NCBI GenBank assembly: GCA_026023565.1
Contig: JAPETS010000032.1
Coordinates: 62,001 to 126,000 of the forward strand
Length of the DNA: 64,000 nucleotides
DNA from: Cirrosporium novae-zelandiae
Lineage: Eukaryota
Direction of reading: 5' to 3'
In this document: positions 1 through 11,062 of the stretch, piece after piece
Layout of the letters: each line of letters begins with the position of its first letter
Position numbering within the stretch: the first letter of the stretch is position 1
The notes under the pieces: generated by a model
What the model saw: the letters and a program-made list of their open reading frames with translations, nothing else
Told to the model about the DNA's origin: nothing
Databases searched by the model: none
Position numbers and translations under genes: made by a program

Positions 1-948
1 AACCCCCAAGATAAATTTTATCCCAAGAGGCTATGCGAATGGAGTGATTTCAGCCAGACTCAGAGATATTTCTTCGACAAGGCATATTCTGTTCTTCATC
101 CAGCTTCAAAGCCACCTTTACGGCCCTTCGACTCAATATCCTATATCGAGACTGCCGGACCTAAAGACTGCGTTCGACCATTTCAAAGCGAAACGTATCT
201 TCAGATATATGAAAAATACGCAGTTGAGCAACCTGTCACAAGCATTATCGCCGCTTTGGCTAAAACTCCACTTACCTTACCCTACAAGCTCGGCAACGGT
301 ATTATATTTGGAGTTTATCCCAACACTCTCGGCCATTTGAACAGGGAACTTGAAGGGCGTCAGCAGACTGAGATGAGACCTCCAAATACTAACCAGCAAT
401 ACGTCTACAAGAATGACAGTGGTCTTCAAACTCCTCTTTTTGTCATCAATTATCAAGGTCCATACGAGGTTTCGGTTGAAGATATTTCATGGGGCTTCCG
501 TGACAGTTTAAGCATCTCAAATATCATTCAACGAGACACCGTTCCGACCGACTTGAATCAAAGGTCAGCAGAGAATTCTGAAGAAGTTATAGCAGCTGTT
601 GTGACACAAGCCTTTGACGCCATGATCAACTGTGGCCTTGAATATACCTACATCATAACGGGGGAAGCGATAGTGTTCCTCCGCGTCAACGAGAATGAGC
701 CGACGACCTTATATTATCACGTATCTTTGCCCAACCAGGAGGCAGATAGATGTCATGATCCGATATTACGCATCTCTCGAACTACAATTGGGCAGGTATT
801 GGGATTTTGTCTCATGGCTTTCCAGTCCGAACAGAGAGGTGATGATTGGCAAACCTCAGCAAAGGAACAGCTAGAGAAATGGCCTATTAGTCGTCTTTTC
901 CGCCATCCTCAGGCAAGGGAACGAGGAAAGGCACCTCTGGGGTTGTAG
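1..948 (+). CDS. Spok-like (spore killer family) protein, 5'-partial; degenerate PD-(D/E)XK nuclease region, no cysteine cluster or kinase domain; possibly a pseudogene
   Basis: The frame is open from base 1 (NPQDKFYPKRLCEWSDFSQTQR...YEKYAVEQPVTSII...LGNGIIFGVYPNTL...VVTQAFDAMINCGLEYTYIITGEAIVFLRVNENEPTTLYYHVSLP...RTTIGQVLGFCLMA). These blocks match, in order, motifs I recall for Spok-like proteins (P.RL..W.DF, LGNGIIFENHP, TQ...YMI..GLEY....TGEAIVFL, TLYYH..EP, TAVGQ.LAF). TAG stop at 946-948. Confidence 0.7.
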   Translation, partial: NPQDKFYPKRLCEWSDFSQTQRYFFDKAYSVLHPASKPPLRPFDSISYIETAGPKDCVRPFQSETYLQIYEKYAVEQPVTSIIAALAKTPLTLPYKLGNGIIFGVYPNTLGHLNRELEGRQQTEMRPPNTNQQYVYKNDSGLQTPLFVINYQGPYEVSVEDISWGFRDSLSISNIIQRDTVPTDLNQRSAENSEEVIAAVVTQAFDAMINCGLEYTYIITGEAIVFLRVNENEPTTLYYHVSLPNQEADRCHDPILRISRTTIGQVLGFCLMAFQSEQRGDDWQTSAKEQLEKWPISRLFRHPQARERGKAPLGL

Positions 949-1552
949 TTCAAGGCAAGAGTCCTTCTCTTCCGTCAAGGTCGTTTAGCTGAGACTGCGA
1001 CAAGGTGGAATGGCAGGATATAGGCTGTAATTGTCCGGCATTCATTATTGTTATCAAAAAGCTTTTTGACAGGAATCCTGGTTGTCTGTATTTTAATTAA
1101 TAATTTCTAGTTTTGTTCCTATCCTTCAAGCTTTATTGCTGTAGATCATAGAAATAACCGGAATTTCAAGTGATACAGCTAGCCCTTGTCTGTAATAATT
1201 CTGGGATCTAATAAGTGTGTTATTTTGTAACAATGTAGAATTAATTCTATGAAAAATATGCTATTAATTAACGGAACATCAATAACCCTGCAAGAAACCA
1301 CAATCGTACTATGATAGACTATCAGGTGAAATAATCCCTGGTACGGTAGGGCTACTCCACACGGAGTTTAACTACTTCAAGTAACCGCTAGGCGATGTTT
1401 AGTATAGTGACTGCCTCATATGGTTAGAGGAAGATTTTAATTTGAGTGTGTACTAGGGATTATTTGGCTTGACACCATAGCTACCTACGCTTAGTTTAGA
1501 GAGCATTCTATTTTACTTACCAACACTTTCAGCTATTTAGCCATCACTATTA

Positions 1553-2535
1553 ATGCCAATAATTTATTGTCCGCTTCCTCCAGGACCGACAAGGCGCCCT
1601 CGTCTAGTTCGTCCGCTGAACCATGGATCTCTCAAACTAGAAAAGGTCTTCTCATTTCTCTCCGAAGAAGAGAAAACGACCCCTCCGACACTACAGACGT
1701 GGAAGGAAATTCAAACCCCAAGGCTCAGACGTTATCCTGACTGCGAGAAAATATTGATTCAAGAGCTGATCGATGATCGTGGGATGGATGGCTACGTTTT
1801 TAAGGTGGACATGGGTGGTACTGGTCCATATGTGCTAAAAAATTGTACTAAGTTTCGACTAAAACATCGCCTCAAATGTAATGCCGACTTTATCTTAGTT
1901 CAAGCAAACATTTCCGTCACGACCACCTTTTATCTGGCCCTTCTATAGAGAATGCCTTTATTATTCTCGATCAGAAGCAGTGAATGCAGGTGTGTTGAAC
2001 GGTCGAGCATTACCAACAGGCCCTCCCCCAATACCATACACACCAGAAGACATGAATCGATTTTTACGATCCTTTCTCTTCCGACTATGAAATGCAAGAC
2101 AGTAGAGAGTTCGCACATCCCGAATTGATCCAGCAGCAGCAGCAGCAGCAGCACGATCCCCAGATTAACAACATCTTATCGGACATGGATGGCAGCTATG
2201 GGTGGCTAAGACTAAACCGCGATGACGTCAACACCCTACTCCGCAGATGGGATCTAGATCTGGGCTATGACATGAATGGAAGATATTTCCAAGAGAACCC
2301 ATTTGCAATTGTGAAGAAATATGTTAGATCTGACGCAACACTGGATTATGTCAAATTATCGAAATGGATTAACCTGGCTCATTACATGGGATTCAAGCTT
2401 AGTGTATTTCACGAAAAGAATTGGGTTGGTGAGGGAGTTCTAGTTGATGGCGCCGATGTCCAAACATTGCCATTCTGTGGGAGGTGGAAGGAGGTCGCTA
2501 CGTACTACACGCGTCTTCGGAAAAGATTTCAATGA
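1553..2535 (+). pseudogene. FTA2-type fungal kinase-like gene with two apparent +1 frameshifts
   Basis: Exon 1 encodes GMDGYVFKV...YVLK. A putative intron runs about 1845-1898, then FKQ...WPFYREC...TPEDMNRFLRSF. A frame switch near 2075 leads to YGWLRL...AIVKKYV...NWVGEGVLVDGAD. Joining the pieces needs an extra base in the A run near 1837-1842 and another near 2075. Confidence 0.55.
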
Positions 2536-2605
2536 ATGTATCAAACTAAACTAAATGCTACAAGTGATTCCTTGATGCTACATTCTTTAGCGTCCCTTTT
2601 TTTCT

Positions 2606-2986
2606 TCAATTTTCTTCCACTTGTGCTAACACAACCTCTGTCCATTGGCCATTTTCAAAGAAGCCATGCGTCCCTGATCTTTTGTCGAAGACGATGACAC
2701 CGTTGGAAATCCAATTACATTCATTGCTGTCATTCCAATAGTAGCACATTCTATGCTCGTCGCTCCATTCCATCCCTTCAACCATGGACCGGGTAAATTG
2801 GTACTGTTCTTGTATTGCTGGGTCGTTTTGACCAATGGGCTTAGTCGGAACGTCAGTGTCGATGGATTGCCCCGATGGATGGCATAAAACTTCGTTGGGC
2901 TGAAGAGACCCTTTCACTCGACCTGTTGAATTATACCGAAAATTTTCCCCCTCATGCCACCAGGAATCGAGCGGAGAGTAATCAGT
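2606..2986 (-). CDS. Small Trp/aromatic-rich hypothetical protein or last exon of a decayed gene
   Basis: The frame is open from 2986 to 2606 (DSWWHEGENFRY...WSDEHRMCYYWNDSNECNW...GFFENGQW) with protein-like composition. No clear ATG or upstream exon was found. Confidence 0.3.
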   Translation of the reverse strand, partial: TDYSPLDSWWHEGENFRYNSTGRVKGSLQPNEVLCHPSGQSIDTDVPTKPIGQNDPAIQEQYQFTRSMVEGMEWSDEHRMCYYWNDSNECNWISNGVIVFDKRSGTHGFFENGQWTEVVLAQVEEN

Positions 2987-4807
2987 TTATATCAATTTAG
3001 GACCACCGGGTGCCCCAGCGAGCATGAGGAGCAAGAAAAGTGCCGGAAAGAAAGGTGGGGGGGTCTTAAGAGGTGAGATGGATAGATCGATGGTGATTAT
3101 TACTCCATACTCCACGTAGAGATACACCCCCTTCCCCACAGATTAATTATCCCATTATCCGTCATCCGTTATTCGGTTATTCATCACAACAACGCAACGA
3201 ATACGACAGATGGACAGAAAAACAAAACCAATTCTAGTTCTGGGTTCTTTGTTCTCAAGCGGATCTTTGGCTCAATGTCAAGTATAAAATATGAAATAGA
3301 AATATGAAATTTATTCAGTTCTGCTGTACCGTAGCTGGCGAGAGCTGAGGGAAGCTTGGAAACTTGGAAGGGGTTGGGGGGGTCAACCCAACTCAACTCA
3401 ACTCAACTTAATATAAATGACAACAACGGGTCTGTGATTTATTAGTTCTTCTATGGAATAGTGGGAGGGCGGGCAGGACATCGTGTAGGATTCGAGATTT
3501 GACATAGCTCGTTCGTTCGTTCGTTCATGGCGGCGATATCGTATCATATCCGTACGCAGAAGGCATGCCCATGATCGTTAGATCCGCTCCACCCCCACTG
3601 GAGTCTTAAAGATCACACATCCCCTGCCTTTTTTTTTGTATATAAGGTGGACTATACCATTTAGAAATACACTTTACTTCACTTCACTAAACCAAACCAA
3701 ACCAACCCATGAAAGAAAAAAAATCAAAACATCTCCCTTAATCCCCCCCCCCCAACTATATGACCATATATATATTTACCAAAAAAAAAATAACATGAAC
3801 TTAAAAGTTGGCTTAATTTGAGTTGAGTTAAATTAAGGAAGCAGAAAGAAAGAAAGAAAAAGAAAAAGAAAAAGACGTCAGATTTTCTATGATATACCTA
3901 GACAATGAGAAATGAGAAAATAAATAATAAGAGCAACGAAGAAGTAGAGTGAAGAAAAGAAAAAAAAGAAAAAAGTGCCTTGTGCCTTGTACCTGGCTGG
4001 CTGAATCCTCTGTCTGGTCTGCTGGAATGAATGCATGAATAAAGCTGAGGTTAAAGAGGAGGAGGAAGAGGTGGAAGAGTGTCGCGTCTAGGGAATTTTG
4101 ATAAATTGAGTGAATGGATGGATGTAGCGTAGCACGTGGCGTAGAGAAGGTGAAGGTGAAGGTGAAAGGTGAGGGTGAGGATACGCGTGAAAGTGCATGT
4201 GTCGGTCGGTTGGCTGGCTGGCGAGTATATAATATATACATATACGCAAATAGATAATATAAATATAAAACATCTGCCTTGTGTTGTGTTGCCTTGAATT
4301 GCGTTGCGTTGTGTCACCTTGTACTGTGTCGGGCTTTGGAAGAAAAGAAAAGAAAAGAAAAAAGAAAAAGGAAACAGAATCCTAAAATAATTACACCTTT
4401 TTGGTGCATCACCCTTCAAGTACACAAAAAAACAAAAATAGTAAACAGAAAACTTAATCTCAACCTCCAACCTCCACCTTCAACCTCAGAAGTGATGTTA
4501 AATTTACCTTTTGAAAATTGAAAAATGTAATAGTGGGCTGGACATATATCTACCCAAGGATATGCGCGGCGTAGCCTAGCCTAGCGTAGCAAAGGGCCAT
4601 CAATGTAGGCGGAAAGTGTGAGGATCTAGAATATAGAATACATCCATCCATTTATCAAACCACCATAAATAAACATTGTAAATAATTACCAGGTTTGTGT
4701 TCCATTCGATTCGATTCGTTGTTCTTCTTCTTCCATGTCCATGTCCCTTTTTTCCAAAGTTCCAAAGCTCCAAGCTTAAGCGTTGTTACCGTACCACAGT
4801 ATAGCTC

Positions 4808-4898
4808 GCGGCACAGTAAGCGGAGCTCTGTTCTGTCCCGGCGCCTGTGTGTGTGCCATTCCACAGTACTCGAGGACAGCGGCACGGTAAGCGGAGCT
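4808..4898. repeat. 20-bp direct repeat pair GCGGCAC(A/G)GTAAGCGGAGCT, each containing CGG-N9-CGG
   Basis: Copies at 4808-4827 and 4879-4898 differ by one base. Confidence 0.85.
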
Positions 4899-6061
4899 GC
4901 GAGCTGAGAACCGGGTGCACGCACACCCCTAGTTACCTAATTACTCAGTAAGTACCCAGGTACCCGTAAGCCCACCACCACGGATGAGATACCGTTCCCT
5001 GAAGCCACGTGTGAGTGGTGGGTAGTAGTGTCTCGAAGATATTCTTTGTCTTTCAGTTCAGCCCTGGTTTTTATTCCCGGAGTTTAACTTAATCTGGATT
5101 GGTTAAGGTTACGGTAGGGCTCGCTCGCTCGCTTGTGGCGTGGGTAGTGGGGCGTAACGGGATTTTCGAAGAATACGTTCCCACCCACCCACCGATCGCA
5201 CCGTACCGCTATCCACATCCACATCCACAACGTTGTTTGTTGTGGATGTTTGTTAGCTCTTCGTTTCAACTTGTTTTAAGTGGGGCCCTGAATAGCCTTG
5301 TTTGAAAAAGGAAAATACCGTAAAAATATAATTATTGAGTTTGAGAGTCGACGTGTTTATATAGTGTTCAAGTACATCAGGGGTGGTGGTAACGCTCAAA
5401 GATAAAAACAAAAACCCCACTCTCCGCCGTTTTATACCCATGAGCGCTATATGCATGCAGACAAAAATCCATCCCATATAAGTATCAAAGCACCCGGAGA
5501 ATAGCACGGTTGTTCTCCGATTAATGGTAGTAGTGGTGATCATGATGTTCCATCTAACACCCAAAAAGAGATAAAAATCAGAACAAAAACCAAGCAGCAA
5601 AAAAAAACAAAGCATATGTTCGTTCTGGGAAATTATCCAAACATGTATACCAACGAACCAACCAGACTGACCCAAGCCTGCTACGAATGATGCTAAACCT
5701 CCATGAGTATGTGTATAGGCGTAACCGCATTTGCATGAAAGTGCTGTCCACCTTTCTTTGCAAATACCCAATGCGTGCGTCCAACATCATGATATTCGTT
5801 ATCATGTCGCTTGCGCCTTACAAGGCGAACCATGGCGACTCATAAAAAAACCGGAATAAAGCGTTCGAGAATCCTTCTGTCTTTGACGTCGCTCAACTGG
5901 ACTAGAAAAGTCGGTGTCGAGCTGTAAGCTTTCGTAAAAAACTTTCCACCGTTTAATCAATGCCCAAGTATTCGACGTTAATTTTTGGCAACGTGGTCCT
6001 GAGAGTCCCACCATTTCCAATAGACAGTTGGTGCCTCGTCAACTCCACCCCGGTCCCCGAG

Positions 6062-8610
6062 TCATTCGATTGCAGGTGCCACCAGCGCCTCATCTTCAGC
6101 CTCCAGAATCTCCGTCTCCAGCCCCCCTAACCAGCTCTTCGTCCCGCCTGCTATGCCCGTGAACCCGGCTCCAAAATCTGCTTGTGCAAGCATGCGGAGG
6201 AGAATTTCGTTGAGCTTGTCCCACGAAGAACGGGAGAGTCGTTTTGCAACTTTAAGCAGACGTCCAATTTTCCAGGGACGTTCGGCTTCAACCATAGGGA
6301 CAATATGGTGCAGATTGTTGAAATCTGAACCGTCAATCGACCCATCATCTTCGAACCCGAGGATGAGGAGATGAACTAACATCTCAATAGAAGAACTCGA
6401 GGTATCAAGGTCATATTCCACAATTCTCAAAGCAAGTGTTTTGAGAAACCCTTCCGAGGCCATGACGTCATCTCTGAGGTCCCAGAAGGTAAGATTGATA
6501 TAAAGGAGGGCGACGAATCGAGCTATAACTTGGATGCGGAAACCCGGGATACCGCGACGCATGCTAGGTGGGGTGGAGAGGAGGCGATGGAGTGGGGTCC
6601 CGGGCTTGAAAAGGGAGTGACGGCGTGGTTGGGTGGTCTTGCAGCTTACGGTATTAGAAGCGCTGGCAAGCGAGTGGAGCGAAGCGAGAACATCGATAAA
6701 CTCCGCTGTATAAGTTTCCAGTTCCTGTTTGGGGTTTACGGTGGAGTCATTGGGGTCATTGGACTTTGGGGGAGGCAGACCGGAAAAGGTGAAGCCGGTC
6801 CTTTGATAGCCGGCCATCCGGTAGTCGAGGCTGACACAGGAAGTGAGCCAAGACAGGAAACCAAATGCAAATATCTACAAAGAAAAGGCTTACTAATTGA
6901 TGTGAAGGGTCAAACGGCGGTTGTGAGCAAAGGCGGCAGGACCTCCGCGGTTTCGAACCAGCTGCATTGCCGTTCGAAAGTGAACCCAACTCTTTTCCTT
7001 TGAATGTGGTGTGGGATTGATATCCTGATAACAATTAAAACATGTTCAAGCCCGTCAAAGAACAACGGCTCACCTCACACGCAGCCAACCCCAGGACAGC
7101 CATGATCATCTCATCGCTGCAGTCATTCGGATTACTTTTCAGTCGTCCGTTCATGATATGCCCGACTCTGACCTTGTGCTTCAGTGCAAGGGCACTATCT
7201 CCCGGACGACGGCGGGTCCATTCTATGTTGCCCGCCGCAAAAGCTAGGACCATTACCTGGAAAGACAAAGGACCATCAATAGCAGGCCTAAAGATCATGT
7301 CTCGAAAATATTGGAAATGATGGTCTGGACGGGGGGCTAGAGAATGGAAATTTGTGGGCATAACACGAATTACTATGGTAGGTTGTTAGTAAGACTAACG
7401 GTCTAGATCTAACGAATATGAACAGAAAAGCTCACAAGGATATAGCAAGGCACACATCATCTAAGACAAAATGCAAACTCGCCTCGGTTCGTCTGGCATC
7501 GCTGTATATACAAAGTTCGAGATAGACTCACAATGATCCACCAGTTCATGGTCTTCCTGTGTTACAGGTAACGGATAGCAGTCAAACGGGTCTTTTCTTA
7601 CAGCGCCCACCACTGTCTGCGGGCTAGGGTAATGCCATTGTGCCGACTGTACGTCCTGCACCTCCTCCCATTGAGCATTGTCTTCCTCCCCTTCCGGCCG
7701 ACGCTCATAAACCAACCTCTTCGCACCATACGCTTCTAACCGTAACCCCGGATCTGGGGTCGAGCGCCATTGTACGGCAGCCGACCACGCATCGAGGGAG
7801 TCTACTAACGGATTTTGCTGATAAAGATCGGCAGCATAATAGGATGTTGCCGTGGTGTTGGGTAGAGACGCATCATATGTATATGTGGGTTCGGGAATGA
7901 AGTTGTGCCCCATGGGCGTCGTCAGGGCGGTACTCGCATAAGGTGTCGGGATAGATGCTGCATATGATGGACTTGTCTGCGGGATCGACAATGGACCCAG
8001 CTCCGGCCGGTAGGGCAACGAGGTGGAAGGGCCGGCAACATAAGCTTGATTCGGATCCACATTGTGCACAACATTTCCGACGGTTCCGACATTTCCTAAT
8101 GGGGTGGATGCCGATGGCAGCGCATGATCCGATGTTGGTGATAATGTCTGGAGAGGTTCTGAAGAAGGGCGTTTGTCGCTTCGTCGACGGCGACCCTTCT
8201 TTTTGTGGCTGCTCGATGATGGTTCCTCGTCTGCATGTCCCGTCTCCTCGAATCGCTTCTTCCGCATAAACTCTTTCATAACATGGACCCGCGCATTCTT
8301 CCTCGCCTTGTCGTCATTGCCAACGATGAACTCAAACTTTTTGGGGAACTCGGTGGGATTTGCTGATGGGGAAGCCTGTGGATTTGTTCGCTTTCGCTTG
8401 GAAATCTTGGATGGGGGATCATTGGATGGCGTTCTGGCTGGTGGTTTTCGTCCTAAGATGGGGGGTCAAATCAAGAACGAAAGAATGTCCGACGGGAGAT
8501 GAAGACATGTTTCCAGAATAGGAAAACGGTGCTGATGTCAGCGATTATTCAGTGGGCTTTTTAGGCGTACCTTCTTGATTGAGTGAACCCGCTCGATCAG
8601 ATTGCATCAT
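6062..8610 (-). CDS. Fungal-specific transcription-factor-like protein, multi-exon
   Basis: ATG at 8610, first intron about 8570-8453. It encodes FEFIVGNDDKARKNARVHVMKEFMRKK, GAVRKDPFDCYP and a helical C-terminal region (ALKHKVRVGHIMNGRL, DEMIMAVLGLA, ALLYINL). Several further GT-AG introns lie at about 7530-6840. Confidence 0.65.
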
Positions 8611-11062
8611 TTTCGGAGCAGATATTGGCGTGCAGACAATTTGCTGTTTCCTTTCAAAGAGAATGATCAACGATGAAAGATCTAGATCAAAATATGCACG
8701 AATGTGGTGAATTGTGAGTGAAGAAAAAAGTACAATCCATCCGTAAAGAGAGTTCGGCACTGTTTTAAAACAATGCAGAGGGGATCAGACGAGAGGCATT
8801 GTCAAGCAGGAGAAATAAGGCTAGGCATTCAACTGTGGGGATAGTGCACTGCGGTTTCCATCAAACCATCAATTTGATGTTCAGCTTGCTTCGGTCAATC
8901 TGCGGAGAGACTCGAAAGACTGAGGAGGTTTAGAAAAAGCAAGAGGGCAACTTTAGATGTAGCATCATCCAGGGCTAGAGATGAAGCTAAGAATGGCTTT
9001 GCTGAAGAGCTGAGGGTGACCAGTGCAACGTAATCAGCAGGAGCTTTGAACAGCGTTTTTTGTTCGTTTTTTTTTTCGGATAGATGATGATTGGTCGAAT
9101 TGATTTGTGATGGTTGAATTGACTGACTAACAGTATTTTCTAACACATGTCTAACAGGTTGTAACCTATTTAGTATGATTAGGGTATAGGCAAATAAGTT
9201 TAGAGATTTAACAGGGGAGGAGGGAAGCAGGGTTCGCAGGGGAAGTTTGGGAAAGGAAAGTAAGGGAGAGGAGAAGACAGGACAGGACAGGACAGGACAG
9301 GACAGGTGTGTGGTTGCCTCTAAGCCTTCTTTTCTCTGAAAGTGCCTTTTGACACACCTGTCTGTCTCTTTTCTCTCTTCTTCTTCGGGCCTAGGGTGAC
9401 CTAGTAGGTAGCTAAATCTTTAAGGTTTGACACCAACTAGCAACAACAACAACACACCCGTTGGTAGTCGTAGTAGTAGTCAGTCTTGGTAGTAGTCTTG
9501 TTGGTACTTTTTTTCTTTCCCTTTCTTTCTTTTTTGGTAGCATAAGATTAACTAGAGTAGTCACTTTGTCAGGGGGGATGGAGGAAAGGAAAGGTCAGGG
9601 TGGTCAGGGTGGTCAGGGTGGTCAGGCATGCAAGTGCTGGAAAGTCAAAAAAAGGAAATGAAATTTGGCCGATGGGATAGGATAAAGAAAGAAAGAAAAG
9701 ATAATTAGATAGAATGAGATTGTTGAAGATAGTTTAGGCCGATGGGATAGACAGTTTTAGTGAACTAGGTCTTGCTCGGTTTCCTCGGTCCAATGCCTGC
9801 AATGCTTGTCAGGTTGGGCCTTTGGGGGTCTATTCATGGGGTTGCTTTGTAACGTTGAACATAGCTTTAACCCAGAGCTTACCATAGCTCACAGAGCATA
9901 AAAAAAGCTAAGTGCTCCTTGCCAAGTTATGCCCTATCTAAAACGCTTATTGAATAAAATTATACAATTTAGTTCTTGAGTTCGGAAGTACTTTTCAATC
10001 CGAGAGGCAAAACACAAAAGAAAGGTAGGAAAAAAGGTAACCCTGCGATATCCCGGTCTAACCCTAATATCCCCTAGAGTAACCCTAGGCTCCCCTTCCA
10101 TTCCAGACTAAAGTGACCTAAAAGTACCTAAAGTATCTCTAAAGTACTAAAAGTAAACGCCGACTACACACCATCCCTCGGGTTACTAAATTACCCGAGA
10201 TCCAGGGATCCACTACCCAAAAAACAAAAAAAATTGAAAATGAAAAAAAAAAAAACAAAGAAAAAAAAAAACACGACTGGAACAAAAAAAACCAAAAAAA
10301 CCATAGAAAAAAAATAATAACCCCACCCACCAATCTCCCAATTCGGTCAAGTCTCCTCGATGGAAAGTATCGACTGTTTTCTCTTTTCGGTATATGCCCC
10401 TTTCAGGAATCCAAGACAGCCAAAATAACCCAAAACCCCTCCCCTTCCCCATTCAACCTGCTTCCAACCGTTTGGCTAGCTAAGCCTCGTGCCATCAAGG
10501 TACAAGGTATAATCTCATTAATCCATTTGCTCATTAACCCTCACTCAATATATTATATTTTCCCGCCAGGCCTATCCAATTGCGCCGAGTCTGCTGACTA
10601 CCCCGTCCAGTCCAGTCTGGCTAACCTCCTATTTGCAGTGCCATTTGGCTGCTACCGGCCTGCCATTTGGCTATTTGCTGCTATTTCTTCCTATTTGCAT
10701 GTGAAGCCCTGTGCAGAAATCGATTCAAACTTTCCCAGGACCACTCCCCCATTTAACCTATTTAATTGGGCAACCCCCATGATCCTTGTCCCAGATTGAT
10801 AACTGAACGCTGGCCAAGAACCCTCCAAATCATCATCGCCCCCATTTCTGCCCTACCGTATCCCTTGAACCCTGCGTAGGGAGACATGCTCGGCCTTTTT
10901 ATCGAACCATTCTTGTTTGATAATGCTATCCGGGGTATTTGATAATAGCTGCCTCCAATTCACTTTCCCATCCGTATTCTTCGAGATCAAGGGAAACCCG
11001 TGCTAATCAAGATTACAGCCTATCCCCACTGACGGAATCTAAAAGATGTGAATGACCTTGAC

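Noticed and set aside
44..340. 98-aa ORF overlapping the first gene
   Set aside because: It is an off-frame shadow. The Spok-like frame is open through this interval.
4900..5100. Possible TPP riboswitch or ribozyme (CTGAGA, ATACC, hairpin)
   Set aside because: The remaining conserved TPP aptamer segments are not present in the right form or spacing.
3828..5805. Several Phe/Leu- or Lys-rich ORFs
   Set aside because: They are products of A/T tracts and microsatellites, with no recognisable motifs.
9083..9126. Box C (ATGATGA) and box D (CTGA) pair
   Set aside because: Only about 44 nt end to end with no terminal stem, which is too short for a C/D snoRNA.
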